Of a stretch of DNA of 64,000 nucleotides, positions 14,301 to 26,895 are shown piece after piece; position 1 is the stretch's first letter, and every line of letters starts with the position of its first letter. The DNA comes from Owenia fusiformis. Taxonomy: Eukaryota. The stretch is taken from positions 8,308,001 through 8,372,000 of the forward strand of contig CAIIXF020000001.1 of the NCBI GenBank assembly GCA_903813345.2, in the 5' to 3' direction. The notes beneath the pieces were generated by a model. That model was given only the letters and a program-made list of their open reading frames with translations. It was not told where the DNA came from and made no database searches. Position numbers and translations under genes: made by a program.

Positions 14301-15454
14301 AATATGGCAAGTAATATTCTGCCAACAGCAAATGGCTGCTAACTCACCAAAATATGAAGCAGTGTATCATGTTTACAGATATTTAATATAAACAACAAAT
14401 CGTACTAACAAATTGCTGTACTACATTTCAGGTCACAGCAAAAAAACGTAAACTATAAAGAGTACATATACTGTACTTCTACTTAATTTGGTGCTACTTA
14501 TTTTGGCGGATTTGTTGTTTTGAACATTTGGTTGCTACTTTATTTGGCGGACTTGCAATATTACAATGTACTAATATTGGTACCAATTAACATGGTACTA
14601 AAATTACTGGGGAATTTGGCAGCGACTTAATTTGGGGGACTTTATTAATGGCACCAAATTAAAACAGCCGCTAAATTATGTAGAAGTAACCTGCAACGTG
14701 CGATAAGTATATACATGTACATGCATGCATAAGTACCAGCATGCAAATGTATGGAAAAAAGTGCTAGAAATCATCTGTTACAATGAGGCATTTATTCATT
14801 TTTTGAGCGATTAACTCTTTCTAAATTCATGAAAATTTCTCTCAAAGAGAAACATTTTAGAAATATACAGGATGAGAGAGAAGTTGAGTTGTGTTGAATT
14901 AAGTGTTAGTTTTATGTCTACCTGACTGCTTCTCAAGTTATTACTATAACACGTTATTACTTTTCATTATCATGGTAACAGATATTGCCTATCTATTCAA
15001 ACTTATAATATATTTATACAATATGTGTTCAAAGTAAACAATTCAAGTCTATCTAAACATAAATTCTCATAAGATATAGCAAATTACAGAACTTTAACTA
15101 TTGTTACAGATGCAAATGCTAATCACTGAAAGTTAATCGCAAATCAATGGTAATACAATTGCCATAGAAAATGTCACAACTTCTTGCCAGCATAGAGTGA
15201 CAAAAAATTAATGTTGATTTTCATCACTAATGAAACAAAATGAATTAGATTTGAACACCGACTCCCAATTTAAAATTCTCCACTTTCTATTCCGAATCCA
15301 ACTTCGATAATTTGAAGGCCTCCTTTAGGAGTGAAATGAACTCACCTAATGCAGTTAGATCAAAAGTAGACAAACATCTTGCAAGTTTGGTTTCTGAGAC
15401 AGTTGAAAGATCGATATACTTCTTCCGTATCAACCGTCCAACAAATCTTGACAT
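2349..15454 (-). CDS. Cationic amino acid transporter (SLC7A1-4/CAT, slimfast-like), 5' part; 6 coding exons, gene continues beyond the left edge
   Basis: Exons (minus): 15454-15346 ([36 protein letters not shown]), 14169-14050 ([40 protein letters not shown]), 11058-10930 ([43 protein letters not shown]), 10437-10282 ([14 protein letters not shown]...[14 protein letters not shown]), 8981-8842 ([20 protein letters not shown]...NWNIPKNE), 2481-2349 (...[31 protein letters not shown]). All introns are GT-AG with consistent phases, and there is an in-frame TAA upstream of the ATG. The motifs are characteristic of CAT proteins. Confidence 0.95.
3132..5010 (-). mobile_element. 5'-truncated non-LTR retrotransposon (CR1/L2-group-like), RT pseudogene
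   Basis: RT motifs [36 protein letters not shown] and FLGV. In-frame TAA at 4644-4646 and a frameshift near 4100-4125. The 3' UTR ends in AATAAA plus an A-tract at about 3132-3160 on the minus strand. Confidence 0.9.
5038..5412. mobile_element. Tc1/mariner-type MITE
   Basis: TIR CAGGGTGACCACAAAAA / TTTTTGTGGTCACCCTG, with TA on the left flank. Confidence 0.7.
6098..7810 (+). CDS. DEG/ENaC (ASIC/FaNaC-like amiloride-sensitive channel family) subunit, single-exon, 570 aa, nested antisense in a CAT intron
   Basis: Uninterrupted ORF with pre-TM1 TTSIRGL, TM1 ([21 protein letters not shown]), [21 protein letters not shown], a Cys-rich thumb ([13 protein letters not shown]...CPSKC) and TM2 ([15 protein letters not shown]). 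TATATAA at about 6004-6010 and AATAAA at 8143-8148. Confidence 0.92.
   Translation: MENTLKRRKIVPATAKESMVKFMETTSIRGLPRIVRTQNKLWRVMYAITFLAALGANLYFVYTTLEIYFEYNTHTKASILRINEVDYFPDITLCNIRNQANSRFFTNDGNLTIYAQRIRKYMTSALYKLHDLFDADITSDLTTIGMYDLEKLFITTINKVGANQKNLTRSEQKVLESLTDFRSYFTMFNSSEREDMGHQKHDIIKQCRVLKWLETDEEDCNVESIILYQDMKYINCYTVQLQKQVTNKTRGISTVLYMTPHNFAVLESIPEKIPQDSGIVVFIHQHNTMPFGAPSFTAAPGFKTMVNIDVTNTITLPAPFTNCVQERKLNFTKYNGDEFVYDKEPCVAQCVQEQALKQCKCLNADFPPLPNASYCTDLTLDSKLYEANIACMHTALPTAETKPCLKQCPSKCNQYIYNYKLSQSTWPQEMSHLGIYKTYIRGTQYESEFTDYEALLKENAPNLTNKERYDKLRTLSTIKDTFVKLEIGLTDKDVIQFKDTPQLTKFDIWNTVASTFIFWIGFTFFSIMEIIECAFHVAIGYMFHGGRTREHPDKRKQVEMGDKGDNNTKY
11941..12942. mobile_element. hAT-type foldback MITE with 8-bp TSD
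   Basis: TSD CCAGTCCC at 11933-11940 and 12943-12950; TIR TGGAGGTGTCGCAGA / TCTGTGACACCTCTA; long internal inverted arms (about 12170-12500 vs 12540-12860). Confidence 0.85.
13664..13830. mobile_element. Short pogo/Tc1-like MITE remnant
   Basis: CAGTGAAGCACCTCT ... AGAGGTTTTACTG-TA ends with internal TGAACAC repeats. Similar remnants at about 24455-24615 and 39814-39971. Confidence 0.55.
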
Positions 15455-18077
15455 ATTCAATCTCCTTTACTTCTAGCTTCTTTTGGTTGAATATAAACTC
15501 AGCCTTCTTAGAACTATAAGCTGCCGGGTAGATATTATACACGTATGGCCTCTCTCATCTATATTACGTCCTGGAAAGAAAAACAGACAATTTCTACCTG
15601 TGAAATCTACATCTGAACTTGTTGAATGCTGCAATTCAATAATCACATGATGAACAATGACTTTCTCCATAACAATGATGATACGCTGTAGATACCATTA
15701 TTTGCATTCACATTCAGAAAATACTTGTTAGTACTGTGCAAGGCTACTCCAATAAGACAAATGTTTCCAATAAATTACAAATGTGTCTGCAATGGAAGAG
15801 TTGTTTTATCGGTGGGTAAATTGGTGCAAGATGGGTTTTGGTTGTGCTTGATACTGATATTTAACATACAGAAATCTGACAAGTCACTTAAAACATCAAA
15901 TATTTCCAATTGAATTCAAATATATCTCAAATTCAAATAAAGTTCTTCAAGTAAAAAATCATGAGCAACATATTGTCTGACTCATCATATAAAAGATAAT
16001 TTAAGATTAAATATGTAAATTTCTTAAAAACTCATTAAAAGGAGGCTTCGATAGGATTTTAAAATAAAGCAAAATCTCTATTTGAAAGTGCTATATGATT
16101 CCTTCACCTCAAGATGTAAGTACATGTGCGTACATATTAATGGCCAAACAAGCTACATATTCATGATTTATTTGGAGTGGCCTGGTGATAAGTATTTGTC
16201 AATACAGAACCATGTGATAAATTAATGATCAACTTCTGTTTGTCATTTGGTTTTAACTGCAATCATATGCATCATTGAAGTAATTATGTTCACCAGGGGA
16301 ATATTCTGAAATCTGAGAACCTTATTGAAAATGTGTGCCAATTTTCAAAATTTAAGCCCTATTTTCATAGGGGTAGGGGGTTTGTTTTTTGATCAGAAAG
16401 ATCGATAGATATGACATCTGACCAAGGGTGCAAGGAGGAAATATAAAATATATCATTCTATGGGATAAAACCCATAAACCCCAAAACTTCGCGGGGCTCA
16501 TTTAACACGCTAAAACAGAAAAAATCAATACTCCTATTCGTGATAAGAGTTCAGGTGGTAATTTACATAAATATCTCCCATGATGCATCGCTTTGGAAGG
16601 GACAAATTTTCATTGGCCCGCCAAACAAGTCGATTTCTCTGAACGTTTCTAAGCTTCTGATCTTCCATCAGCCCTCAAGCATAATTATATGATCCAATCT
16701 ATTCAATAATCAGAAAGATAATCGGAGATTCAAAGTAAAATTTCTGGGATATCAGTGACGTCACTGGAATTGGACAGCATTTTCAACTACAGATTTCTTC
16801 GGATTTGGGGATTACAGTTCAAAAAGCTTTGTCATATATCTTAATTACATATATACCCTATCGTTTGTGCAAATGAAACTCGACATAAATATTTAATAGA
16901 GTCGCAGTGCGGCATTGAAAATAGCACCCCTGTGTAATCCAATGGGAAAGAACCCAGATGTAGACGAAGCTGTACCATACATGAGAGCTCTTCAAACGGG
17001 AGGTAGCTAAACTGAACTAAATTAAACATTATGTTATCGCGTATTGGTATATTGATAACTGCACCACGTATGTGAAGCGTAATGGTCCCATTCATATTGA
17101 AAAGGTTCATATACGTAAAGACTACCTTCATAATACTGTTAATACTTACAGTATTATGCATGAACTCAATAATATTCCACTGGGTAGATACCATATTCTC
17201 TGGAATAAGGGCCCATCCCCTAAAAGCGCCTATTCCCCTTCTCAAAGAATATAGTGACACGATAATATTAATTTACATATGTTTTCAGCATAACTCTGAG
17301 ATATTAATGAGATCTTGATGTATTGGGTATTTTTAATATTTAACGTATACATAAAAATATTGGGTGAGACTTGAGATAATGTATGCGGCGCCAGTCAAAA
17401 TTGAAACTTCTGATTGGGTTCGAAGCCGAGATGCCCGGATATGTCCCAGCAAAAGCCGGAATTCACGTGATTTTTCACGAAGAAGGGGCGGAGTTTAAGC
17501 GAGATTCATCGAGACTTCTTCGTGTCAATCGTGTCAATCCCTGCATTGCTTATTGTTAACTCCACCTTTTTGCCCATATATGGAGTTGGAGATGCCACTT
17601 GCGAGCGTGAACAGTTCAGTCTAGAAATAGAAATTTCTTAAGCGATGTCTTTCTTCAATTTTTCTACACGATATCTCGATAAATAGTGGACATATTTGTA
17701 CCATTCTTTCGTCAAAATGAGGGTATCGCTGGAATACATATTTCCAATCTGTTGGTCAATAGATTTATTCATTGATACTGGCAGGAATTAGATCGTAATA
17801 AACATGCTAAAATTGTAAAACTTGGAACGTTTGACAGTAATCTCCGAGTAATGTATGAATTGCATCGGGAGAAAGCAGGAGAAAAGATGGGACAGTCTGT
17901 TGTGTGGAGTTTGCAAAGCAATCCCGGATATAAATGACGTCATCTTAGCAGTTTACATGGTTTCGAAAGTGATATATTTTTGTGTCGTAGTGATGAGTTT
18001 GAATTATGTCGATTATTCGATTGTTATATATAAATAAACATCGATCTTCGGTGAAGATAAAGTAAGAACAACATATA

Positions 18078-19145
18078 CCAGGTCGTTCAATAAGTTCACG
18101 GAAAAATGCTCTCATTTCAAAGATTTTTGATATTTTCTCATGAAATTTTCACACAATGAATAAAAAATACTTTCTGATTGAATATCAAAATATCAGCATC
18201 TCTTATTTGATTGGTCAAAAATAAGGGTTACTATGGTAACTTGACTTTTGGGTATGCGGGGCACTTTTTACGTCACATTATTCATTAGAAAAACAACAGA
18301 ATAGTAGGCAGTTTGTGAGTATATCACATGAATTTCTTCTCCGCTTTCTACTTGTACATGGTATTACTTAATGCAATAGTTACAACTATTGTCCCATAAG
18401 GTTTCAGAAATATTCTCCCTCATGTTTAATGCACAGTCGCTTACATTCAGCCCATTGACGATACAGTGCTCTGAAGCCATCTGGAAAACTTGTTTAAAAG
18501 GCAATCTTGACTGCAGTCAAAAGTTGTTTCATTGTTCCATAAAGTGCACCTCTTAGCTGATCCTTCATCCTAGTGAAAACAGCAAAATCAAGGATTGTCT
18601 CATCTGGAGATTTTGTAACTTGGGGCAGCTTTGCCATCTATTTTGCCAATTAATTGAGATGGTTTCTTGCACAATATTAGCAGTGTGATCGGCTGCATTA
18701 TTACTATGGAACAATTTAGAGTTTGGCTGGTGGTTAAGTTTTAATCAACTTCCCATAGCATATACTATACTCTTTGTTGATTTTCTGGTCCACTGGTACA
18801 GCATTGACTAGCACGATTCCAGAAATGTTCGTGATAATAAGGAACATCAATTTTCCCTCAGAACATTTGTAATATAAATAAGAACAAATAAAAAATAGGG
18901 ATCCTTCATTTGCACATATTGATAGATATATGTAATGGTAAATTGTGTGACGTAAAAAGTGCCCCGCCTACCCAAAAGTCAAGTTACCATAGTAACCCTT
19001 ATTTTTGACCAATCAAATTTGAGATGCTGATATTTTAGGAATCAATCAGAAAGTATTTTTTGCACATTGTGTGAAAATTTTATGGGAAAATATCAAGAAT
19101 CTTTGAAATGAGAGCATTTTTCCGTGAACTTATTGAACGACCTGG
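18078..19145 (-). mobile_element. Internally deleted mariner element with about 200-bp TIRs and a transposase C-terminal remnant
   Basis: TA TSD; TIR CCAGGTCGTTCAATAAGTTCACGGAAAAATGCTCTCATTTC. Minus-strand 18590-18405 translates to DFAVFTRMKDQLRG...W...CIKHEGEYF, the mariner C-terminal signature, with a stop codon. Confidence 0.88.
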
Positions 19146-20484
19146 TATATCCGAGAAACATGTTGGTAAGTACAGTATTTCATTTATAATGGCAGAAAAT
19201 CAAATTGAATCGAAATCGAATTTTCAACTTTTTCAATTTTTTTTCGTTCGATTAATCTATTTTGATTTTCAATTTGATTTTTACATTCTATCTTCTTCGT
19301 CCTGCGGGACTATACTAGGCATAGGCCCGGAACATGTATAACATGAGTCAAATTCACTTAAATAGAACATGCTGTAAGCTTTATTTCTTTACATTTTTAC
19401 GGGCCTATGCCTGGGCTATGACTCTAGGCCTAGACTACTAGATCTATAGGCCTTAGACTAGCCTAAAGCTAGAGCCTTAGATCTAGCTCTTTCAGAGGCT
19501 GTGACTGATATGTTAGAACAGCCTTTAGAGCCCCCTATCAACCGCTTCAAAATTGTGTTAGTGTCCTCCCTGCGAAAATCGAAAAAAATTAAAAGGTGCT
19601 TTTGTGCCGAACAGCAAATTCTCATTATTCATTGAGAATCTACTCTTTACCAAGGAACCAAAAATGGAAGTTTTGACGGAAAGACATGACGTACAAGTCA
19701 AAATCTCTGAATCTTGCTAGGTACATGACAGATAAAGAGAATTTAAATCCTGATCGGCAAAAAAGCGGCTAATAACTTACATATTTTCTCAACAAAAAGC
19801 ACTGATGTAGCTCACATTGGGAGATAGTAGTAAGCACTTGAAGTTGATTTCAGTAGATCAGTTACACCTGTCATGATTTCAAGGAAAGACACAAAGTATC
19901 CGTCAAAAGAGAAAAGCTTACATAAATGCGAGCAAAATCTGCAGATTTATTATAGCTATTGACTTCTCGAATATGTTGAACGCACAACTCTAAACAATAC
20001 TTGAAATTGAATAAAATTGACAAAATATGAGAAGACAGTCTAAAACCTAACTGGGAGAGCTGCCATTGTTTGCCCGGAAATCTTCAGAGATTTTGACTGG
20101 TACTTTGTGTCTTTCCATCAAAATTGCCATTTTGGTTTCTCACTGGGTAATTCACAGATGAAGAGAAATCTTGATTGACAAAAATACAGCTGATAGCTAA
20201 CAGCTTTTCTTAAACAGAAGATAAAGGAAGATATAAAGGAACCTGTTATGATTTTGAAGCGGGTGATAGCCGATAGGGGGCATGTTAAGGCTGTAAGTAG
20301 AGGGTGTAGCCGAATAAATCTAACCCAAATAGAGTTTAACACATCTCAGTATAGGCAAAATTAAAATTCATTAAAGTTTCATCACTTTAGCATGTGTACA
20401 TTTGCTGGCCTTCTAATATTTTGCCAATAGATTTGTTAGGCTTGATTGCAAATTCTTATGAAATATAAGTGTATGGTTTCAATG

Positions 20485-20809
20485 TACTGTACTCCCGATA
20501 TTTTTCGCGTGCAATTTAGTTTCGTGCTTTTCGCGATTGTGTAAAAATCACGAAAATTAATAGTCGCGAATATCGCCAATAAAGGCTGAGGTGCAACATG
20601 CCATTGACTAAGATCTAGAGATTGTAAATCTTATCCAGAGTATATGATATTGGGTAGGTGTAATTACTGTAGATAAGATAAATTAATTTTGAGGATTCAG
20701 AGAATAATGGAAGTTAAACCTTTGATATCCGCAAAATTTAATGGCCGCAAAATTGGTATTTCTCAAAATTCATGAAATTTAAACTCGCAAATTAACCGGT
20801 AGTACAGTA
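20485..20809. mobile_element. TACTGTA...TACAGTA MITE
   Basis: Inverted termini with subterminal TTTTCGCG/CGCAAAATT repeats. Related copies at about 14469-14690 and 22386-22582. Confidence 0.6.
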
Positions 20810-23332
20810 TTTGCATGTGGAATAATTATGATATTGAGAGCATTGATGAAACAAATGCAATGAACTGATTTGATTGGCCAAGGGAGCATTGGAATTTTGA
20901 CCTGAAGTTCACATGATTGTTGCTATAGGCCTTATGATTTTTTGGAATTCCAGTAATACTATTAATGTCTATTATACTTATACAGTAAAACCTGTCTTAT
21001 CCAAATGCCACCGCTACAAATTAAAAACATTCAGATTTAAACGTCTGATTTCGAGGTTTTTGCATCCGAAAGATTCTTGATTTTGAAAAAATATTAATGC
21101 ATTTTCACTTAATATTACATTGTAGGCGTTATGATTTTTTGAAATTCCAGTAATACTATTATACTTATACAGTAATATCTGTCTAATACTTATACAGTAA
21201 TATCTGTCTAATCCAAATGCCACCATGACCAGTTAAAACACCATGACCAGTTAAAAAAAACATTCAGATGTGGAGGTGATCGGATTTCGAGGATTTTGCA
21301 TTCGCAAGATTCTGCATTTTAAAAATATAAATGCATTTTCACTAAAAAGTATTAAGATTACTTTTGACCGCATAGCTTTATGACATTCCAAAATCCAAAT
21401 CGAATGCTTGAAAGGTAAAACAGAAGTGTGCAATCAGAGATGATAGATACTATTGCATGAGTATATGAAGGCCATGTGTCAACTCTTCGATTGATAATAC
21501 ACCTCGAAATAAACACCCACTGGCTTGGGAAAGCTGTTTTCCCTCTTTGAGTTCTTTCTAATAAAGGCCCTGTGCAAAATAAATGCTCAGTGGGCCTATA
21601 TGTTCGTTGAATTTAAAATTTCCCCTTCTACTCAATTTTTATAAATGTTTTATGCATCAGTATGTTGCATTTGGAGACACAAATAAACTCTTAAAAGGAA
21701 AATATTTTCTCTTTAGTATGTTAACTTTGTCTACAAATGCAACATATTAATGTGAAAACATTATAAAAAAAATGGAAGGAACTGAAAATCAGGAAAACAT
21801 TTTTGAAAAAAAATGTTGATGGGGTCTTTGCACCTTCCCTGTCTCAATCTCCAATTTTTTTTATCATCTGTATGAGTACTTTTCCTTTAGATAATACATT
21901 GGCCTAACATACACACCTTACATTTTCAGAAAATTTCTGCAATTCAACATATGACCGTCTAAATTCTGTTGCGAAACCTTTAGTATTCTTTCAAGAAATT
22001 TCCTGCTTACATGAAAGTCTTTTACAGTTTTACATTCTGTTTTTTTTTAATGTAACATAATGGCTGATACCAATATTGTTCAAAGTTGTATATGTTTACA
22101 CTATGGAACTAATCATTCTTTGAATTGAGTTCGATTCCTGAACAACTGGATATTTGACTAAACATTCCTTGGATTTGATTTGGTTTGATGAAGAGAAATC
22201 TTGACTGACAAAAATGCAGCTGATAACTAACAGATTTTCCCAAACAGAAAATATAAAAAAAATTTAAAGTGAGCACTTGATTTCAATAGTTTAGTTTCAC
22301 CTATGCTTTTGAAGCAGGTGATAGCTGATAGGTGTCATGTAAAGGCTTTAAGTACATGGTATAGCAATAATTAAAGGTAAGAAGGTACTGTTTCATTCAT
22401 ATTTCTTGGTCTTAAAAACATTTAATCAAATAAGCTGGAAATTTTGAGAAATGATATGATGGTGAAAGAAATAGATACAAAATTATAAAAAATTTATAAT
22501 TAGCGAAAATTGATATCCGCAAAATTTCAAAATTGCAAAATTGTGAAAGATAACAGCATCAAATATTAGTGGCAGTACAGTATTTGCATGTGAAATAATT
22601 ATGATATATTAATATAATAATATAATAATTGATGAAACAATTGCAATGGACTGTTTTGATAAGCCAAGGCCAGAGCATTGGAATTTGAACTAAAGTTGAG
22701 TATAATGTTATTGTATAAATTAAAAAAATAATTATAGAGACTTCTTACAAAGTTGATCTTCATTTCAAATAGCTGAGAATATTTCCCAAAATAGATTGAC
22801 TAGGCCTTCAGATTTTTTTTAATTTCAGTATTACTATTACTCATACAGTAAACCCTGTCTAATCCAAATGCCACCGTGCAGTTAAAAACATTCAGATTGG
22901 GAGGTGTTCGTTATCACAATAGATTATAATTATATCATTGATAATTTAGAGTTTATTCAAAGATGGCAGCAGCATTCTCAGAACAAAACAATCAGAATCT
23001 CATTAATCTTTTGTTCACGTTAGTTATTTAAACTTTATATTCATATATAGATGGCAGTTCTTAAATATATGATAGACACCAATAATTCAACATCATAATT
23101 TAACCTTTTCCATTAAATATACCCTGTATCAAGCACAGAAACGTATTTACACCCTTTACTAAAATGGCAACCCCTGTATCACGCACTTGTTTATATAAAA
23201 AATAATGTTTAATTTTTTTGTCTGCTGTGACGGAGCAGCTTTAACTGTGAACAACATTAAGTATTTAAGATTCAAATTATATCTTTTAAAAGTACCCTTA
23301 GAGGAGAGAACGTCTCAAATCACTTTCCTTAA

Positions 23333-23821
23333 AGCTGGACTACGCTCCGAAACGCAATCTTGGGTTGTTTCGGGGGTGAACTTTATCATTTTGAGCTTAA
23401 TGAAAGATTATAGAATGATGAACAAATGGGGCAAATCTTGTGTAGAAATACTTACGATAAATGTGTCATTTCAAAGATTTTTCATTGAATTTGCTTCGAT
23501 CGGAGCCGGCGATATGATTTTGGAAAGGTTTCTAAATGAAGAACGTGACGTCACTTCCGAATCATAGCAATCAAAATAAGTAGCGTTTAATTACATCCAT
23601 CATATATAATAATACGGTGGTGTAGCGGTAGAATCCTCGCCGAGCACGCGGGAGGCCCGGGTTCGAATCCCGCATTCGCCTTTTTATTTTTCTAACTAAA
23701 TGATTGTTCTTTGATATTACGCAGAAAAAAACATTTTTTATTTACATAAACTTTATATTAGAGCATGAAAATGTAAAAACAATATATGTCAACATATTGC
23801 GTTTTGGAGCGATGTGCAGGT
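23333..23821. mobile_element. TTAA-flanked non-autonomous DNA transposon (Kolobok-like)
   Basis: TTAA at 23329-23332 and 23822-23825; TIR AGCTGGACTACGCTCCGAAACGCAAT / ATTGCGTTTTGGAGCGATGTGCAGGT. Confidence 0.75.
23610..23680 (+). pseudogene. tRNA-Gly-derived pseudogene / tRNA-like sequence
   Basis: GGTGGTGTAGCGGTAGAATCCTCGCCGAGCACGCGGGAGGCCCGGGTTCGAATCCCG closely follows the animal tRNA-Gly(GCC) body. A and B boxes are intact and a T-run follows, but the acceptor stem is unpaired and the anticodon loop reads CGAGCAC. Confidence 0.75.
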
Positions 23822-25574
23822 TTAATCATGACAAGTAGTCTGGGAGATCTGGGGTAATGTAAATCTGAGATATAAAAACAACCACTCTTCCCATTTTCGG
23901 AGGATTGTACTGAAATCAACATAAATCAACATAATATTTCTAATACGTTTTCTACAAGACGCCTTGGAATGTAGTGTAAATTGGGCTAATATGAATTTAT
24001 TCAAAATAGTGCACAGACATCCTGCATTCCGACAGTTGCATAACCTTGCATGCTGTTCCAATTTGTTTACTTACCTCCTGAACCCGACTTAAGTTTTTTA
24101 TTGACATTTCGTCCTATTTTATTGGTTTCACGCATATCTGCTACATTGATAATTATTGAAATTATTGAGATTACAGTTTACAAATGCTCCGACAGAAAAT
24201 TTTGGCTCCGGACAATTTCTCCCTGCCATTTTGAATTTTGCAGACGAGAGGGGGATGCGAAAAGAACAGAACGGCCTAAACTGACAAATGAGTGCACTGA
24301 ACGAAACACTTAGTACAGAGCCGGGGATTTGATCTCGAATATAAGCCAGCTGAAGCATTGTTTACAGTTTATAGAAGGCGTGAATACAGTCATGCTCGAA
24401 TACTGTATATAAGATAATCCCAATATAAAAAAGTTTTGGTAAACATGTTGCAAGGTAAACCTGTATCAATGAACATCTTTCTCTAGTGAACACCTCTTCT
24501 TATGACATATTCCTCTGACTTCTGTATGAAATTGCCTCTATGGAGCGAACATCTACCAATTGGGAATACATTTTTGGGGCTCCATATGTGTTCACTGTAC
24601 ACATGTTTTACTGTAGTTGCACCAGATAACCCTAACTCTCATTCAAATAAAGAACAATCTTAAAATTAAATTTTGCATTTTCGTATACCAAGATACACTC
24701 CACTTACCTTTTGGAATGACTACAGAGGGACTATAGAAGGAAGTTGGATTGCACTACAAACTGATAAAAAAAACTTTAAAAAGTGGTCGTATACTAGTAT
24801 ACATCTCAAAATTTGAATTGTGTACTTTTATTAGGCTTCATTTTTCAGAATACTTTACGAATCGTTCGCTCCTCAACAGTGTAGTTGTAAAAGGTATATT
24901 ATAAATATTGAATTCTTAACGTATTCCAGATTTGAAACTGCTCCGTCACAGCGGACAAAAAATTTAAACATTATTTTTTATAAAACAAATTAAAAATACC
25001 CAATACATCAATATCTCATTAATACCTTCAGAGTTATGCTGAAAACATTAATATTATCGTGTTACTATATTGTACCATTTAAAAGAAATAAAACAAATGG
25101 TACATTTTGGAGTATGATACTCCAGCACTGATTTCAATAGCTTTTACTCTAACCATTGTTGGACTTCAAATAGAAGTTAAAGTTACCCGCAAATGATATA
25201 TCCATTGCATGGAGTAGGTAATTTTCTTGGATATAGCGAAATATATGAGTAAAAATATAAATTGCGTGGATTTCCTGGTTCCTGGATTTGCGTGTTTCTA
25301 TGCAAAATAACATGCTCCGTCAAAGCAGACACATTTTTCGATACCAGCCTGTGACACCATTCCTAGAAGTATGAAGTACTATTACTTATTTGTTACATTC
25401 AGTATATTTTAGTGCATTCGTGTTCAGTATTTTAATGCACTTAAAGTTCTCCAACCTTTCCCCATTGTACATCTTGATGTTCATCAATGTTTACTCCAGA
25501 AAATTGCTGATGCATCGATGCACGATTATGGCACATCGCAACAACACTAGACTACTCTACATTAGTGTACTCGC

Positions 25575-26481
25575 CAGTGTTTTTCCTAAGCGTCGGACCA
25601 TGGGACATCTCCGATGATGTTGACCCAGGACTGACGATTTATTCCAACCAACCAGTCCACAAGACCGTCCAAGTCCGATGGCTAAGATATGCACCAAAGT
25701 CTTACCTCAAACATCAGTCCGATCGTTGAACTTCATTTAATCAAGATTTTACTCATTATCACATCGAAAATCTTAAAAACAGACAGGATTTTTTGAAATA
25801 TTTTTTGAGTTTCAGGTCTGCAAACGAGGATAAATTGCGTAGCATAATCTATCAATAACTTCGAAAAACTGTTTTCTGATTGGTCGAAATGAATTGTGGG
25901 TAGTGACCATATGGTATTTCGTTCGATGTAAAATTTCTGATTATGGAAGCAAATTAACCGGGAATTCCAACACGGGGACTTCATTACTCTCCACTAACTA
26001 TTAAATAAATATAATTATAACGAGAAATTATATGGGGATTCATAAATTGATCGAGTAGGATAAATGGAGGTTAAAAAATCCCGGGTGAAGATACAAACTA
26101 CATTTGTTTTCGTCCAGTGTAGCAAAAGTAATTTCCGGTTCCTTTATTAATTTTTTAAATTTCTTTTTGAACTTTTGACAAATGTCACGAAATGTGGTCT
26201 ATTTTCAATAAAAAACGTACTCAAGAACCGCAAGGATGTGAAGATGAGAATGGTATACATGTAAATCATACGTAGTTATCCTTTAGGTAAGTGCCAATAC
26301 ATATAGTTCTGAATTCGAAGTAACTTTAATATTTTAAGGACTGGTTGGTTTTCACTTGGACCTGTGATGTAGCAGAAGTTACAGGTCCAGATGACTGATG
26401 ATGCTTAGCCTGGACTGGTTGAAATTTTGATATTGCCAGTCCATTGGTCCTGTGATTTATATTTGCTTAGGAAAAACACTG
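25575..26481. mobile_element. hAT-type MITE (family C) with 8-bp TSD
   Basis: TIR CAGTGTTTTTCCTAAGC / GCTTAGGAAAAACACTG; TSD GTACTCGC at 25567-25574 and 26482-26489. Confidence 0.88.
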
Positions 26482-26895
26482 GTACTCGCGCTTAATTGAT
26501 ACATCGCAATATACATCGCCAAAGCAGATTGTGGCGATGCATCGATGTCTGAAACAAAACATCAATGTCTTTAAAAAAATTTAATTTGCTAAGTATCACC
26601 CTTTCTTATCTTATTTTGACGCAAATCGCTTACCTTTCTCATGCCTTATTTCATTTTCCAATGTTTTCTCATATTCTTTCGCTTTAAAACTGTTTTAGCT
26701 AGTCGAAATGAACCATCAATCTAAAAAAATTACTTTACTTACATTTCACCGTTACTAGACGTTCCCGGATGTACCAGCGTACTCTTATTAATTTGTTCTG
26801 TTCAGTATTTTAGTGCATTAGCATTCGGTATTTCAGTGCACTTTTCTCTGACTTTTTCTCAATGTACATCGCGATGTGCATCGATGTTTACTACT

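Noticed and set aside
16841-17318. Overlapping ORFs of 60-139 aa
   Set aside because: No recognisable motif or splice context; probably the interior of an unresolved repeat.
23610-23680. Functional tRNA-Ala(AGC)
   Set aside because: The acceptor stem does not pair, the U33 position is G, and the body is Gly-type.
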